The notes below the pieces were generated by a model. The model did not search any database. It was not told the origin of the DNA and saw nothing but the letters and a program-made list of their open reading frames with translations. This document shows positions 1 to 12,064 of a stretch of DNA of 64,000 nt, piece after piece (the stretch's first letter is position 1; each line of letters begins with the position of its first letter). The stretch is from Octopus sinensis. Its lineage: Eukaryota. Made by a program: the position numbers and the translations under genes. The stretch lies in the NCBI RefSeq assembly GCF_006345805.1, contig NC_043012.1, positions 51,832,001 to 51,896,000 on the forward strand, read 5' to 3'.

Positions 1-311
1 ATTTATCAATTCAGGATTTCTACATAATAACATGAGATGATAATAACAGAAGGCTAATTATATTAGTGTCACACTACAGTCTTAGATATTGTCACGATAA
101 AGGACAAAAATGGCCGTAGCTGGAATTCCGTATTTAGGTCCGACTCGATCAGGTTTGATCAAGAGGAGCAAATTGCAACACCAGATAGGTACGTAATAAA
201 ATCGAAGCCAGTTTTATTTGAATATTGAACGTAATATTAAGGATGTTTTTTTCTTCACCACCCTAAATATTTTGTCCATCTAGTACGCTCACACGTGATA
301 TTGGCTTGAAA

Positions 312-455
312 TTATGGCACAAGGCCAGCAATAACAGTCGAACTTATTTTATCGACCCTAAAGGCAAAATCGACCTCGGCAGAATTTAAATTTGAAAGTA
401 AAGACGGACGAAATTCTGGTATCTTCCCGGCGTGCTAAAGATTCTGTCAGCTAGC
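312..455 (-). mobile_element. Degenerate SINE family A fragment
   Basis: Reverse complement resembles the family A core (TTTTATCGACCC..AAAGGCAAAATCGACCTCGGC..AATTT..CGGCGTGCTAA) seen intact at 1344-1576 and 43237-43465. Confidence 0.55.
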
Positions 456-519
456 TATATAAAGCGCTCATGTAATATTAAACTCATTTCGTGGCTCACA
501 GGTTCAGCTGAAATACACA

Positions 520-950
520 GGTCAATGGTATTTTTTCCGATATGTGTTCTAAGAATCACTGGAGCTTCTCCAAAGCTAACTATGTTTGCTGTCTTTACAT
601 CGTAGGATAATAGACAGCATATATTGTTATTGTGTAATAATGGCGGCCTTTCTTCTCACAAACATAGTTCTTCGAACGTAAGGACATTTCAAACTCAACA
701 CCACACATCTAGTTTGCATGATTGGATAGTTAAGATGTTTTCTTCAATAGCATGATTCAGTTTTGATCCAACAACAACATTTGCGGAGGTGTTTCACTGT
801 AGTTTCGGGTTATTCGAAACCTTACGAATATAATAGGTAGACAGAAATTGAGTGGGGGCTTGTCTGAAATTTGGTGTCCCCAATTCAAAAGCTTCGGTCT
901 TGTCACTCGTTTAATCACAACTATTTTGCTTCAAGACTGCATTAAAAATA
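520..950 (+). pseudogene. Possible very decayed Tc1/mariner-type transposase relic
   Basis: Weak, frame-jumping similarity only: TMFAVFTS, FKLNT, DWIV, Q*HDS and PNS fall in the order expected for a DDD catalytic domain. Confidence 0.25.
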
Positions 951-1159
951 TATTTCTCATTAGAATTATCAGTCACTTACAGGCTTTTATTTACTTTAAT
1001 TCGTAAAACAATGCAATGATATCTATTGCCTTCCATATTTAAAAGATTCAGATTGAGTGGGATTGCGAAGTCTTCTCTTATTGACTGGAATGTCGGTACA
1101 TACTTAACGTTGTATCTTCTTGTAGAATACGTTTAGTTTATATGAAAGCATAGAATATA

Positions 1160-1576
1160 TATTTCTTTACTACTCACAAGGGGCTAAACATAGAGGGGGC
1201 AAATAAAGACAGACAAAGTGATTTAGTCGATTACATTGACTCCAGTGCGAAACTGGTACTTTATTTATCGACCCCGAAAGGATGAAAGGCAAAGTCAACT
1301 TCGGCGAAATTTGAACTCAGAACGTAACGGCAGGCGAAATACCTATTTCTTTACTGCCCACAAGGTGCTAAACACAGAGGGTACAAACAAGGACAGACAA
1401 ACGGATTAAGTCGATTACATCGACCCAAGTGCGTAACTGGTACTTATTTAATCGACACCGAAAGGATGATAATCAAAGTCAACCTCTGTGGAATTTGAAC
1501 TCAGAACATAACGGCAGACGAAATACGTCTACGCATTTCGGCCGGCGTGCTAACGTTTCGGCCAGCTCGCCGCCTT
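1160..1576 (-). mobile_element. Tandem dimer of tRNA-derived SINE family A (full copy 1344-1576, 5'-truncated copy 1160-1343)
   Basis: Two adjacent, highly similar units (TATTTCTTTACT..CACAAG..GCTAAACA..ATCGAC..CGAAAGGATGA..GGAATTTGAACTCAGAAC..). The minus-strand head AAGGCGGCGAGCTGGCCGAAACGTTAGCACGCCG has A/B-box-like motifs. Confidence 0.9.
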
Positions 1577-2380
1577 CAAAGCACAGAATATAGCAATTTA
1601 ACTAGTCAACATAGGAATTTGAGTAACTGCTCTCAAGAATGTTGTAAGCTGAACGAATAAAAGAAAGGAAGGAAGCAACGAAAGTAAAAAAATAATCTCT
1701 GAACAGGCAATTTAGTTGATTGGTTCACTGAACACACATCGTCGATAACGACAGAGATCCTTTTAGGCTGTTGCATAAAAGAATACATTGTTTGTCTGCT
1801 TTAAAGCTAGTGTAATTATTAACAGATTTAGATGGAGTGGAACATTTACAAATTCTATTCTTGGCTAGAAACAAATACAGACAGTGGTGGTTAGACAGGA
1901 AATACAGACGTCTCCAGCAGTAGGTCATCTTCATACAAGTTTGATCAGCTTCAATACTAAGATAGGTATATATCCCTCAAAGAAAAACATTGCACTACGT
2001 TTACGTCTATTAGCATTGTCAATAAAAGAGTCATATTCGCCATCTTTATATACATATCTAGTAGACTAAGAACCTTAAATATTATTCTATCATATTCTCT
2101 AGCATACATTTTTCTGAATTTCCATAACTGTACATGTAATTCTTGTGTTCACTATTCTCTTCGTGTTTATATATAGTTTTCAATAACCTCTTTTGCAACT
2201 ATTTTTATCGGCTGCTATATCAATATCCAGTCGAATAGATGTAATTTTGATATCTTTATTTTATTGATATTACCTTCGACATTGTTGTTCCTTATATCAT
2301 TTTTTTTCTCTCTCAAAAACATCGAAACAGCTGTTTGTGTTAGGGGTTTCATTTATTCCTTCCACTTAGTTTGTTTTCAT

Positions 2381-2403
2381 TATATATATATATATATATA
2401 TTC

Positions 2404-2438
<35 letters not shown>

Positions 2439-2464
2439 ATATATATAGTATATATATAGATGTA

Positions 2465-2504
<40 letters not shown>

Positions 2505-2765
2505 CATATATATTTTAAATTATATAAATATATATACACATATCTATTTACCTACATACACCACACATATATATATGCATGTCTGTGTGTGTGTTTATAT
2601 ATAAATGCATATAAATATGTATATATGTTTGTGTGTGACTGTGTGTGTTTATGCGTCTGAGTGCGCGCACGTAGAGATATGTATATATGCATATATACGT
2701 GAATATATATGCATATATATGCATATGCTTATGCGTATGTGTGTATATATATGCCTAAATACATA
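2381..2765. repeat. Compound (TA)n/(TG)n microsatellite field
   Basis: Directly visible dinucleotide tracts. Confidence 0.95.
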
Positions 2766-3667
2766 CATGTGCTGTCCTCTCCATCTAATCCTCAAATTTC
2801 ATTCATATTTGTTTTCTCCAATATCCTTTCATGGTTCCTCTCTGTCTTCTCTCCCTGTCTGTTTTACGTGAATTTGAAAATATTTATTATATTCATACTG
2901 TCAATATATTATATCATATTCATGATATCAGTGAGTTTTCGTAGACACACCGGCATCCAGCGGTCATACGTCTCCCGTATATCTCCAAATAGAATAAGCA
3001 AGAGCGACAAACAACTGAGAATTAACAAACAATGACAGATGCTTCTGAAAGAGTCAAGTGGAATAATATATATTATAAAGAAGATGAAAAACAAACTAAC
3101 GATAAAATACTATACCGACCAGTAAAGGTAGATCTAAAATGGTTATTATAGATCCGAAAATAAGCTGAATAGGAGGTAAATAAAATAGTCAACATAGGAA
3201 TTTGAGTAATCGAGGCAAAGAATGCGTAAGAAAAATATGGTGCAAAAATCAAAGCTAAAACATGAAAAATAGGAAAAAAGTAAAAAGGAAAATGAAATAG
3301 AGAAAATAAATAAATGACGAATGAAGCTTGAAATCATTCTGTAAAATGTTAAATGTAAGTAGGCGTAAATAAAGGACATAACCGATCAATTATTTAGATA
3401 ATATTATACAGGACAGTGGAAAAGGAGGTAGTCTGAAAAAATGTGGAAGGAAGACATAGCGTTCTAGTAAGAAATGGAGTCATGGAGTATGCGTGAGAAA
3501 ACTTAATTAAACAAAGAAATTGAAATGAAATACAAATACCAGATTGAATAAAAACACAAACAAAAGCTCCAATGGAATTATGAAAAATAACAATATAAAA
3601 GAAATAGTACAGGGTCTTTAACATGAGACCACGTAAAAATTTACATAAGAGAATATCTCAACGTTGT

Positions 3668-3729
3668 TATATATATATATATTATATATATGTATATGTA
3701 TATGTATCTGTATATATATTAATTATAAG

Positions 3730-3779
<50 letters not shown>

Positions 3780-3950
3780 ATATGTATATGTATATGTATA
3801 TATATATATGTATATATATATATATACATACATATATTTATATATATATGTATGTGGTATGTACATACGTATATATATATATATATATATATAGGTGTGT
3901 GTGTGTGTGTGTGTTTGTGTGTTTGTGTGTATGTATAAGTATATATGTAT
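3668..3950. repeat. (TA)n/(TG)n microsatellite field
   Basis: Directly visible tracts. Confidence 0.95.
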
Positions 3951-4155
3951 ATGTGTCTGCGTTTGTGCTCCTGCCAGCGCTTGACAACCAATTGCTGATG
4001 TGTTTATATGACCGTAAATAAGCAGTTCGGCAAACGGGACCGACAGAATAAATACTGAGCTTGCAAAACATGTTCTAGGATTTCTTCGATTAAATCCCTT
4101 TGAAGAGGTGCTTTAGCATGGCTGGAATCAAGTGACTGAAACAATGAAAAGAATA
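3910..4155 (+). mobile_element. SINE family B 3' half
   Basis: GCGCTTGACAACC..CGTAAATAAGCAGTTCGGCAAA..CAGCATGGC..GACTGAAACAATGAAAAG matches the 3' half of the copy at 7329-7745. Confidence 0.8.
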
Positions 4156-4214
4156 AATAATACACACACACGCACACACACACACACACACATATGCGCA
4201 TCTATGCAAATATT

Positions 4215-4560
4215 GATGGGTGAATGTAGCCATCTCGTGAGAGGTTCCCTTCCCAATCTCACGATTCTGGGTTCAGTCCGACTGCGTGGAACCTTCACTG
4301 CGTCTTCTCCTATAACATAAGGCTGACCGAAAACTTGTAAGTGAATTCGGTAGAAAAAATGCGCCGTATATATGTGTGTGTTTGTTTGTGTGTGTAGGTG
4401 TGTGTGCCGGTCTATCTGTCTGACTGTGTGTGTTCGTGTGTGTTTGCACGCACCATCACTCTATAACTGATGTTAGTGTGTTTGCATCCACATAACATAA
4501 CGATTCAGTAAAAAGCACCAACATGATATGTACGAGGCTTTGAAATAGTGTTAAAATTTG
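4215..4560 (+). mobile_element. Degenerate SINE family B copy
   Basis: GGGTTCAGTCCGACTGCGTGGAACCTT..TAAGGCTGACCGAAAACTTGTAAGTGAATTCGGTAGA, followed by a TG tract and a decayed tail. Confidence 0.65.
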
Positions 4561-4789
4561 AATAAAACATCGTTGTTTTGTCGATTAAATTATAAAAAAA
4601 ACCATGACCGAAATTGGCAACGTTCTAACGAGTGAAAGAACTGAAAGATAAAGCACGCGGAAAGAAGCCGCTTGGTAAAGATTGACTTTGATAACTGTTG
4701 TGTATGCACACAAAGTTTTAACATTCAAGATCACTTCCACTGTTAACAGCAGTGCTTGGAAAGAACGTGTGTAGCGTGAGATCGTTGCA

Positions 4790-4930
4790 TTGACAATGAC
4801 AGAGGAACTTGTCATGGCGACTCATCTCAGAGATCTACACAATGTTGTAGAAAGTGTATGGAGAGGAGTGTATGAGCCGCACACGAGTGTACGAGTGGTT
4901 CTGACTTTTTCGAGATGGCCGAGATACGTC
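4790..4930 (+). pseudogene. Mariner transposase N-terminal HTH relic
   Basis: The frame starting at 4830 reads EIYTML*KVYGEECMSRTRVYEWF*LFRDGRD, matching the mariner HTH pattern (ML.KVYGE..MSRT.VYEWF.RF.DGRE). Both stops are compatible with C>T changes. Confidence 0.8.
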
Positions 4931-5531
4931 AGTTTTTTCGAATGGCTGTTCTTCATTTCTTTCATTTATATTTATATTAATTTATTTACTTTTGGCATAT
5001 ATCCCACTTCTATCCCCTTATATATCCGTGTTGTCCTTCGTCAATGGAATGCTAAAAATAGGATAGTGTTGTGTATATAGAACAGAGGGAAACTAGAGAT
5101 CTAGTAGTGCTTTGAACGCTACTCACCTGAAGACATGCATGTATACAAATATTGTTCGATCATATTTATAATACAATAATGTATATAATGCATGTAACTT
5201 TACAAGAGAGGCAGTCTATGCTTGCTCAGGTCTACATTGGCCCCATAAATAATTAGCAAACATGTGGAACGAGCTACCAGGTCACACTGTCTTCAGACTG
5301 GTTGCTAAACATATTTCTTATTTATTTATGAATGGCGTTCTATTCATATATGAATGTATTATTATTTGGCCTTACAACTTAATTTCCTGAAACTGTCGTT
5401 TACGCATGAATACATCAATATACCTAAAAGTATGCAAAATTGATGGCATACAGGCATTAGTGTTCGCATATTTTTGGCATGTGCAGGAATATGTAATATT
5501 AAGTAAATATGAATTCTCCCGAAAAAGAATT

Positions 5532-5656
5532 TCAAATGCATATATATATTTCCTCTGTCTTCCCTTCTCTGGATCTTTCCTTCTCCTATGTTTCCGACGA
5601 AGAGCTCCCCTCGAAACGTTAAACCCTCCTTCTTTTCTGAGCGTCCAATAATACCA
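5532..5656 (+). mobile_element. Penelope-like retroelement terminal (pLTR-like) fragment
   Basis: Pyrimidine-rich lead, then CCGACGAAGAGC..CTCGAAACGTTAAAC, then CTGAGCGTCCAATAATAC. This is the same layout as 58399-58637, and it follows a TA run. The PLE assignment rests on the hammerhead-like motif. Confidence 0.6.
5590..5624 (+). ncRNA. Minimal type-I hammerhead ribozyme-like motif (U4C core variant)
   Basis: Stem I GTTT (5590-93)/AAAC (5621-24); core CCGACGA+A; stem II GAG/CTC; GAAA; palindromic ACGT stem III; GUU site. Confidence 0.5.
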
Positions 5657-5658
5657 TA

Positions 5659-6037
5659 CACTACCGTCAGAAATTAATTAGCACCCTTGATTTGCTCTTC
5701 ACTCAAGGTATGTGCTGTCACCTAGTGGCCATATCTCGAACTATTGCTTTGTTGCGAGTTCACTGTTGCGCAGAACGATGACGTAACTTTGTTTGCAAAG
5801 CAGTTTGAGAGTCTACAGCCTTATGATGTTGACATAGCAGTGCAACAACAACTTGGAGTGCGGATGCAGACAAATCTTCCTTTGTTTAATAGATATAGGT
5901 AGCGCCTCGCAAGGACCGAAACACACCATACTAAGTTTTCTCATCGCGTAAGACGTTTTGAACAGCTCATAGGTTAATTGATTTAACCTATTTAATGTAG
6001 AAATTTGAGAAGTGCTAATTAATTTCTGACGCAAGTG
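5659..6037. mobile_element. Tc1-type non-autonomous DNA transposon (MITE), 379 bp
   Basis: 26-bp TIRs CACTACCGTCAGAAATTAATTAGCAC / GTGCTAATTAATTTCTGACGCAAGTG (3 mismatches), flanked by TA at 5657-58 and 6038-39. An internal ..RNTPY* resembles a Tc1 transposase C-terminus. Confidence 0.8.
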
Positions 6038-6090
6038 TATTTGTTCCACGTCCTCGCGTGTGTTTTCTCTTTGTGATTTCTTGTTTGGAT

Positions 6091-6094
<4 letters not shown>

Positions 6095-6131
<37 letters not shown>

Positions 6132-6151
6132 GCACACACACACACACACAC

Positions 6152-6230
<79 letters not shown>
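6095..6230. repeat. (TA)n-(CA)n-(TA)n microsatellite
   Basis: Directly visible. Confidence 0.95.
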
Positions 6231-6232
<2 letters not shown>

Positions 6233-7328
6233 TCATGTTGTATGTGTGTGAATTTAAATGTACATTCATATATGTGTGCCCAATTTTTAATGCATTCATA
6301 TACTGTACACACATACACAGATGTATCTACAATAGATACATATATAAAGATGCACACACATGTGTATATATATTCAGTTATATTAAATACACTTATATGT
6401 GCGCATCCATATATTTGTGTAGACAGAGGTGTATGTGAGTTTGGGTGAACTTTTGCACATATATGCATGTATATATATATATATATATATGCATTCATAT
6501 ATAAATACGTATGTCCTTATGTGAATGCACAATCTATGCCTCCTCGCATAAACACACTAACACAACAAAAGCGAAGAGAATATAGGGCATGAATTTAGCT
6601 AGGTGACATACATCTGTCAAAATGCATGTCACTTAAGAACAATCTACCCTCTACACGCAATAATAAAAAAAATAATAACAATTCAGTGAAATGCAGATAC
6701 TACAAATACATATGATTCTCAAAGTAGTCATACTTCAAATGATAAGCCACTGTCTCGTCAAATAGTAATAACATTCTTCTTAAAGTCAAATCGCCGAAAA
6801 GGTCTTTCTATAAACGTATCACATTTATGTTCATAGAAAATATCTTTAAAATACTCCATAGAAACTATTTTGCAGAAACAATGATCGTAGTCTGTACAAT
6901 TTAATCTAACGTAACAAATGTTTAGTGCACAGTTGCATTCTGTAGACCCAAATAATCCCGACATACCTGTACCTATGAGAACAAAGCTTCCAGGATCAAA
7001 TATTTTGCGAGATAGCAGCTGATCCAGGACTAGAAAAACAGCGTATAAAGTCCATCGTTTTCTTTTTATTCTCCTCTGCCCGAGTGCACTGCATGCTTTC
7101 CTTTTCCGCTATATATTATTTGAAGAATGCCAAGCTAATCTCCATTTTATATATCAGTGTATATGTGTGTATATACATATTACATAATAATATTTGCCCA
7201 TGTGCCAACGTTCCATTTCCCGTATATATTTTTAAGCAACCTACATATGTGTGTGTATAGGAGGAGGACGTGCAGGAGGAGAAAGATGAGTTAAGAAGGA
7301 TACATGTATATGTATGCATGTTTATATA

Positions 7329-7745
7329 GGCGCAGGAGTGGCTGTGTGGTAAGTAGCTTGCTAACCAACCACACGGTTCCGGATTCAGTCCCACTGCGTG
7401 GCATCTTGGGCAAGTGTCTTCTACTAAAGCCTCGGGCCGACCAATGCCTTGTAAGTGGATTTGGTAGACGGAAACTGAAAGATGCCCGTCGTATATATGT
7501 ATGTATATATATATATATATGTGTGTGTGTTTGTGTGTCTGTGTTTGTCCCCCTAGCATTGCTTGACAACCAATGCTGATGTGTTTACGTCCCCGTTACT
7601 TAGCGGTTCGGCAAAAGAGACCGATAGAATAAGTACTGGGCTTATAAAGAATAAGTCCCGGGGTCGATTTGCTCGACTAAAGGCGGTGATCTAGCATGGC
7701 CGCAATCAAATGACTGAAACAAGTAAAAGAAAAAAGAAAGAAAGA
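7329..7745 (+). mobile_element. Full-length tRNA-derived SINE family B
   Basis: Head GGCGCAGGAGTGGCTGTGTGGTAAGTAGCTTGC..GGATTCAGTCCC with A/B-box-like motifs, internal TA/TG microsatellite, and tail ending GACTGAAACAAGTAAAAG. Repeated many times in the window. Confidence 0.92.
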
Positions 7746-7799
7746 AAATGTCTCTATTCTTAAATATACATGAATACCTGGGTCTCGTACTCATACAGA

Positions 7800-8430
7800 T
7801 ACATATACACAGACATAACTATGTATACGGATATATATATATATGTGTGTGTGTGGGTGTGTGTATGCATATTCATACATATATACATACACACACACAT
7901 ATATATATATATTCATATATATTGATATATACATACATACATATATACATATATATATAATAGAAAGTTACACGCACTATTATTTTCTACACATGCTGCC
8001 GAATAAGTCCCTGAACGCATACGCAACCATTATGTACTATGATATATATTTATTTTCACATCAATAGAGAAAAGATAGATAGCTATCTAAATAGACAGAA
8101 AGAGTTGTACATTGATCTCGTACACATACACATGCAGACATGCATTTGTACAAATGTACACACACCCATATGCACGGCCATATACATGTATCTACGTGTG
8201 GTACACATATATATACAATATATATATAATATATATATATATATATGTATGTATATATATATGTATATATTTAACTACACACGTATATGTATGCACACAT
8301 ATATGTATGTATGTACATCATTATATACATATACATTCACTTGCAAAACAAGCGAGAGAGAGAGAAAGAGAGAGAGAGAAAGAGAGAGAGAGAAAGAGAG
8401 AGAGAGAAAGAGAGAGAGAAAGAGCGAGAG
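7800..8430. repeat. (TA)n/(CA)n/(GA)n microsatellite field
   Basis: Directly visible. Confidence 0.9.
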
Positions 8431-9879
8431 GTGGAAAGAGATTTTGAAGGAAAACCAACGTCTATACTGCTAAAGCCATATATTCTGAATAATTCAATAA
8501 ACTAGACAAATGTTGGTACGGGAAGGGTGAGGAATCCTAGGTGACATGTTCAATTTACTTCCAGGAATAAATGTAGATGGTATCACTAGAATTAATCCTC
8601 CGACCACACTTCCCGTTCTAGCAAGGTACACAGCGCATGCGCATTAAATCAGTGTTAGCATTCTGGAAGATAAAAGTGAATTTATAGCTGCTATCTGATA
8701 TATATATCAGTGGAGAGAAGAAAAGTGGAAAAAAGAAAAGAAGAGAGTAAAAAAAAAAGGTAAAAATAAATGTTTGAGATCAGAAGAGGAAGGAGAAAAC
8801 ATGAGCTGGAAAATGTGGAAGAAACATGTAAAAAAGAATGAATGAATATAGGAGTCAATGAAAAACATTGTGAAAACGGCAGATACAAATACATTTTTAA
8901 TTTTTTTGACACAAAAAAAAACCGCTTGTGCTTTTTTTCATATGTACATGTCTTATTTATTTAAATATTTTCAGAAGTATTTTCAGTGTTGTTTTTTTTA
9001 TACTATTTATTTACTTCATGATATGCAGTCGTAGAGTCGTATATTTTTGGAATTATTCATTTAGAAGTTTTTTTTTTCTCTCCTAAGGAAAAAAATAACA
9101 ATAATAATACAACTTTCTTGGATGAAAACTGTTTCTTAGGTGCAGTTCCTAGACCGATTTTACTCTAGATATATATTTTCCAATAAGATTTCTCTGTACA
9201 GTTGCTTAGAAAATGATGTTCTAGTAAGATTTGAAAAGAAGAAATATTTATATTAAATACTCGTCTTGTAAAACTATCTCACACGTCAACATATATGAAT
9301 GTTTTAATACGTTAAATTTCTAACAGAGTGATTCGGTTATGTTCTTAACCATTCTTCTCGAAGCTTCACATATTTTTCTATCTATATCTATTTTTACACT
9401 TTGTTAAAGTTGACATATTAGAATCGTTGCCAAGCTGAAATTTATTATTTCTCCCCATCAAACACATTATACGAGAAATTACATGATAGATTAAAATAGT
9501 TTTAGAATTACATAAAACAGGATTTACTGTAAAATATTTTACTTGCTCTCTTTAAACGAATTGCGTCGAGTTTATACCGTTTATACCGACATATCACTGG
9601 TAATGCCTTTCAATATTAATATTTAATTATTTTTTTGTCATTTCTCTTTTCATGTTTAAAAACAACAACATATTGCGCTGCATGATAGCAGCAAGCACAT
9701 TGGACTGATCTACATAATCTTCCATGAAGGAAAGAGAACTTGAAAATTATAAAATCTTATCCTATAAAAAACTAAAAGATTAGACTTATTATCGATCTTG
9801 CATTCGCAAAGACTGCTTAAATGCTGTATTTTTCCTCTTGCATAATTGCCTTCGGTTCATTCATTCATGTGTTTCAAAA

Positions 9880-11270
9880 TTAGATTTATGCATGCAGAAT
9901 CAGTTACTTGTACATTCTACGATGAACATCGCTGTGCAAGAGGACGCTTCAGTACAGGCCCAATGAGTATTGCGAATTCAAACCCTTTGTCGGAAACCAG
10001 TTACTTGAGTTATGACCAATTGATCCTGTAATGAGGAACGTCGTTACAATACTCCAATTCCTTGCTCCTAAATCCATGAAGTAGTTTTTGCCTCACAAAA
10101 AAACAATATCATTGCATCAATTGGTTGCAGGCTCCGTAGAGTAAACACACACTTCACAAGGTCAGAGTACGGCGCAATGAATTTTATGGTCTACAATCAA
10201 CTTGATAAGGAAACCTGATAGTGCTTCGGTGGTCATGAAGTTGTATATTTTAATCAAGTAGTATGGGTGTATAGGCAATGAGCATCTATGTGTGGACTCG
10301 AATAGTAATATATTATGAACATGCTAATCCATCCCATGGAAAATACGCTGCAATGATTATCTGACATTCATTGTAATTGCTGTTTAACATGTCATGGATT
10401 TGTGCAATTGTGATGAACTAGAATATCGATAAATAGGAGCTACGTAAATATCTGATCAATAAAGAGTTGTTTCCTCGATTGAAAAACTATCTATCAGTGT
10501 TCTTTCGCTAAAAGTTGTAAAATTCACTTTCCAGAATTTCTTAAATGATTTCCATTAGAAACATATGATGAAAACAAGAAAGTGAATAAAGGAGATGGCC
10601 GTCCAACTGGTAATTTTACTGAATGAATAACCGTGTGGATACACATATTAGACAGAATTACATAGTTTCAGGTATGATAATATTTCGCTGAAGACTTTCA
10701 GGTGTTTTCTAGAGAAGTTTAGTCTACGACCGAAACGTGCGAGCGAAATTTAGAAACATTGTCTGGATCACCGTTACAGTATCCATACCTCTTAGTGAGA
10801 GTAGGTGTTATCCATTATCCAATTTGTGTAAGACGACCAGCTCTCTTTACGCTTACTTTTATCCAAACTCTAAATAAAGTCTGTCATTCTTCTCACCAGT
10901 TTTTAGAGTTATGTGTTCGGATATGAGGAGTGTGTCGTCTAATCCTCAGTGAATTACCAAAAATACGCTAAATTCAGAACATAGCTACTGCAACACCCAG
11001 TATGCGGCACTATAGCTTTAGTGTAATGTAGATTGCGCTTCAGCAATGATGGGATTGCCATTCACTTAAAGTCTTCGTTTGCACCAGAGTACACTTGGAG
11101 CTACATAACTAGAAAACCAGAGCTGACTGGATGCAAAAATGAAGCACAGAGTAAAGGATAAAGAACGCTTCGGTCATGAATGACCATGGGATTGCACCTA
11201 GAATCTTACTCTATGAGGTACAAGTCCGGACAATGTTGTTTTTGTGGAAGACCAGCAGTCGCCCATGCAC
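9880..11270 (+). pseudogene. Highly decayed RTE-clade LINE remnant (RT to C-terminus)
   Basis: C-terminal MNDHGIAPRILLY../KSGQ..GRP resembles RTE RM.D.R.PK.ILYGEL..G.R..GRP. Weaker upstream hits are SIGC (~10130) and SIYVWTR (~10285). Boundaries are approximate. Confidence 0.45.
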
Positions 11271-11769
11271 ATCAGTTCCCCTCTCCACTCCCCCGATGTT
11301 ATCCAAGGGAAAAGACAAAGGCCGATACATACATACATATATATACATACACACACACACACATATATATATATATAAAACAAAAGAGGGGTGTGTTTCC
11401 GCGCAGGAAAAAATGTAGGCAAATTTCTTGTTGAAAATGCACCTAAATTTGGAAAACTTGTAATTGTTATCAAATAAATTTATTTACATGTATACCAAAC
11501 TAGTTTCAACAATACTTATCGATGGGGAAAATATAAACTATGAATTAGCAAAAAACAAAAAAACATGTTTAAATGTTTCAATGTTAACAAGTTTGAATTT
11601 TCATAACAGTCAATGATATAAAAGCTGTAGATCATCTTTGATTGCACAAAATTCAATAGCGTTAGTAGTGATCGACAAGAAATGAATATCATTAAAGTTT
11701 CAGTCATACTGAGTTCAGAATGAGATAAAATCAAGTTTGGGACAAGACAATACTTCGTTACGTTTATAA

Positions 11770-12060
11770 TTCCGATGCACAGTTTATCCCTGTCTATTCT
11801 TTCTATGCAACTCCCTCTCCTGTTCTTCCTTTCTGCTTTTCTCTCCCACCCTTTCCCTATTCTTCTCCTCTCCTCTTCACCGTTCCCCTTCTCTCACTCT
11901 TTCTCCTTGACTCTCCTGTTGCTCACATGTGACCAACAGCTATCTATCTTCCTTTCTTCCATTTCTTCCTATAGACAGGACGTGCTTTTGCCTGTCTCTT
12001 CTCAAAGTTCGTCTTTCCAGCGTTCTCCACTTTACATCGTCTTGGCTTAACAGACCTCAC
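11770..12060. repeat. CT-rich low-complexity tract
   Basis: Strong polypyrimidine bias on the + strand. Confidence 0.8.
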
Positions 12061-12064
12061 TGTT

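Noticed and set aside
1931-2057. Minus-strand frame YVYKDGEYDSFIDNANRRKRSA with a furin-like site
   Set aside because: It is only ~42 codons with a weak acceptor, which is within chance expectation.
10683-10750. CTGAAGA..GAAAC flanked by TTTCG/CGAAA, resembling a hammerhead
   Set aside because: There is no NUH triplet next to stem I and no clean stem II or stem III.
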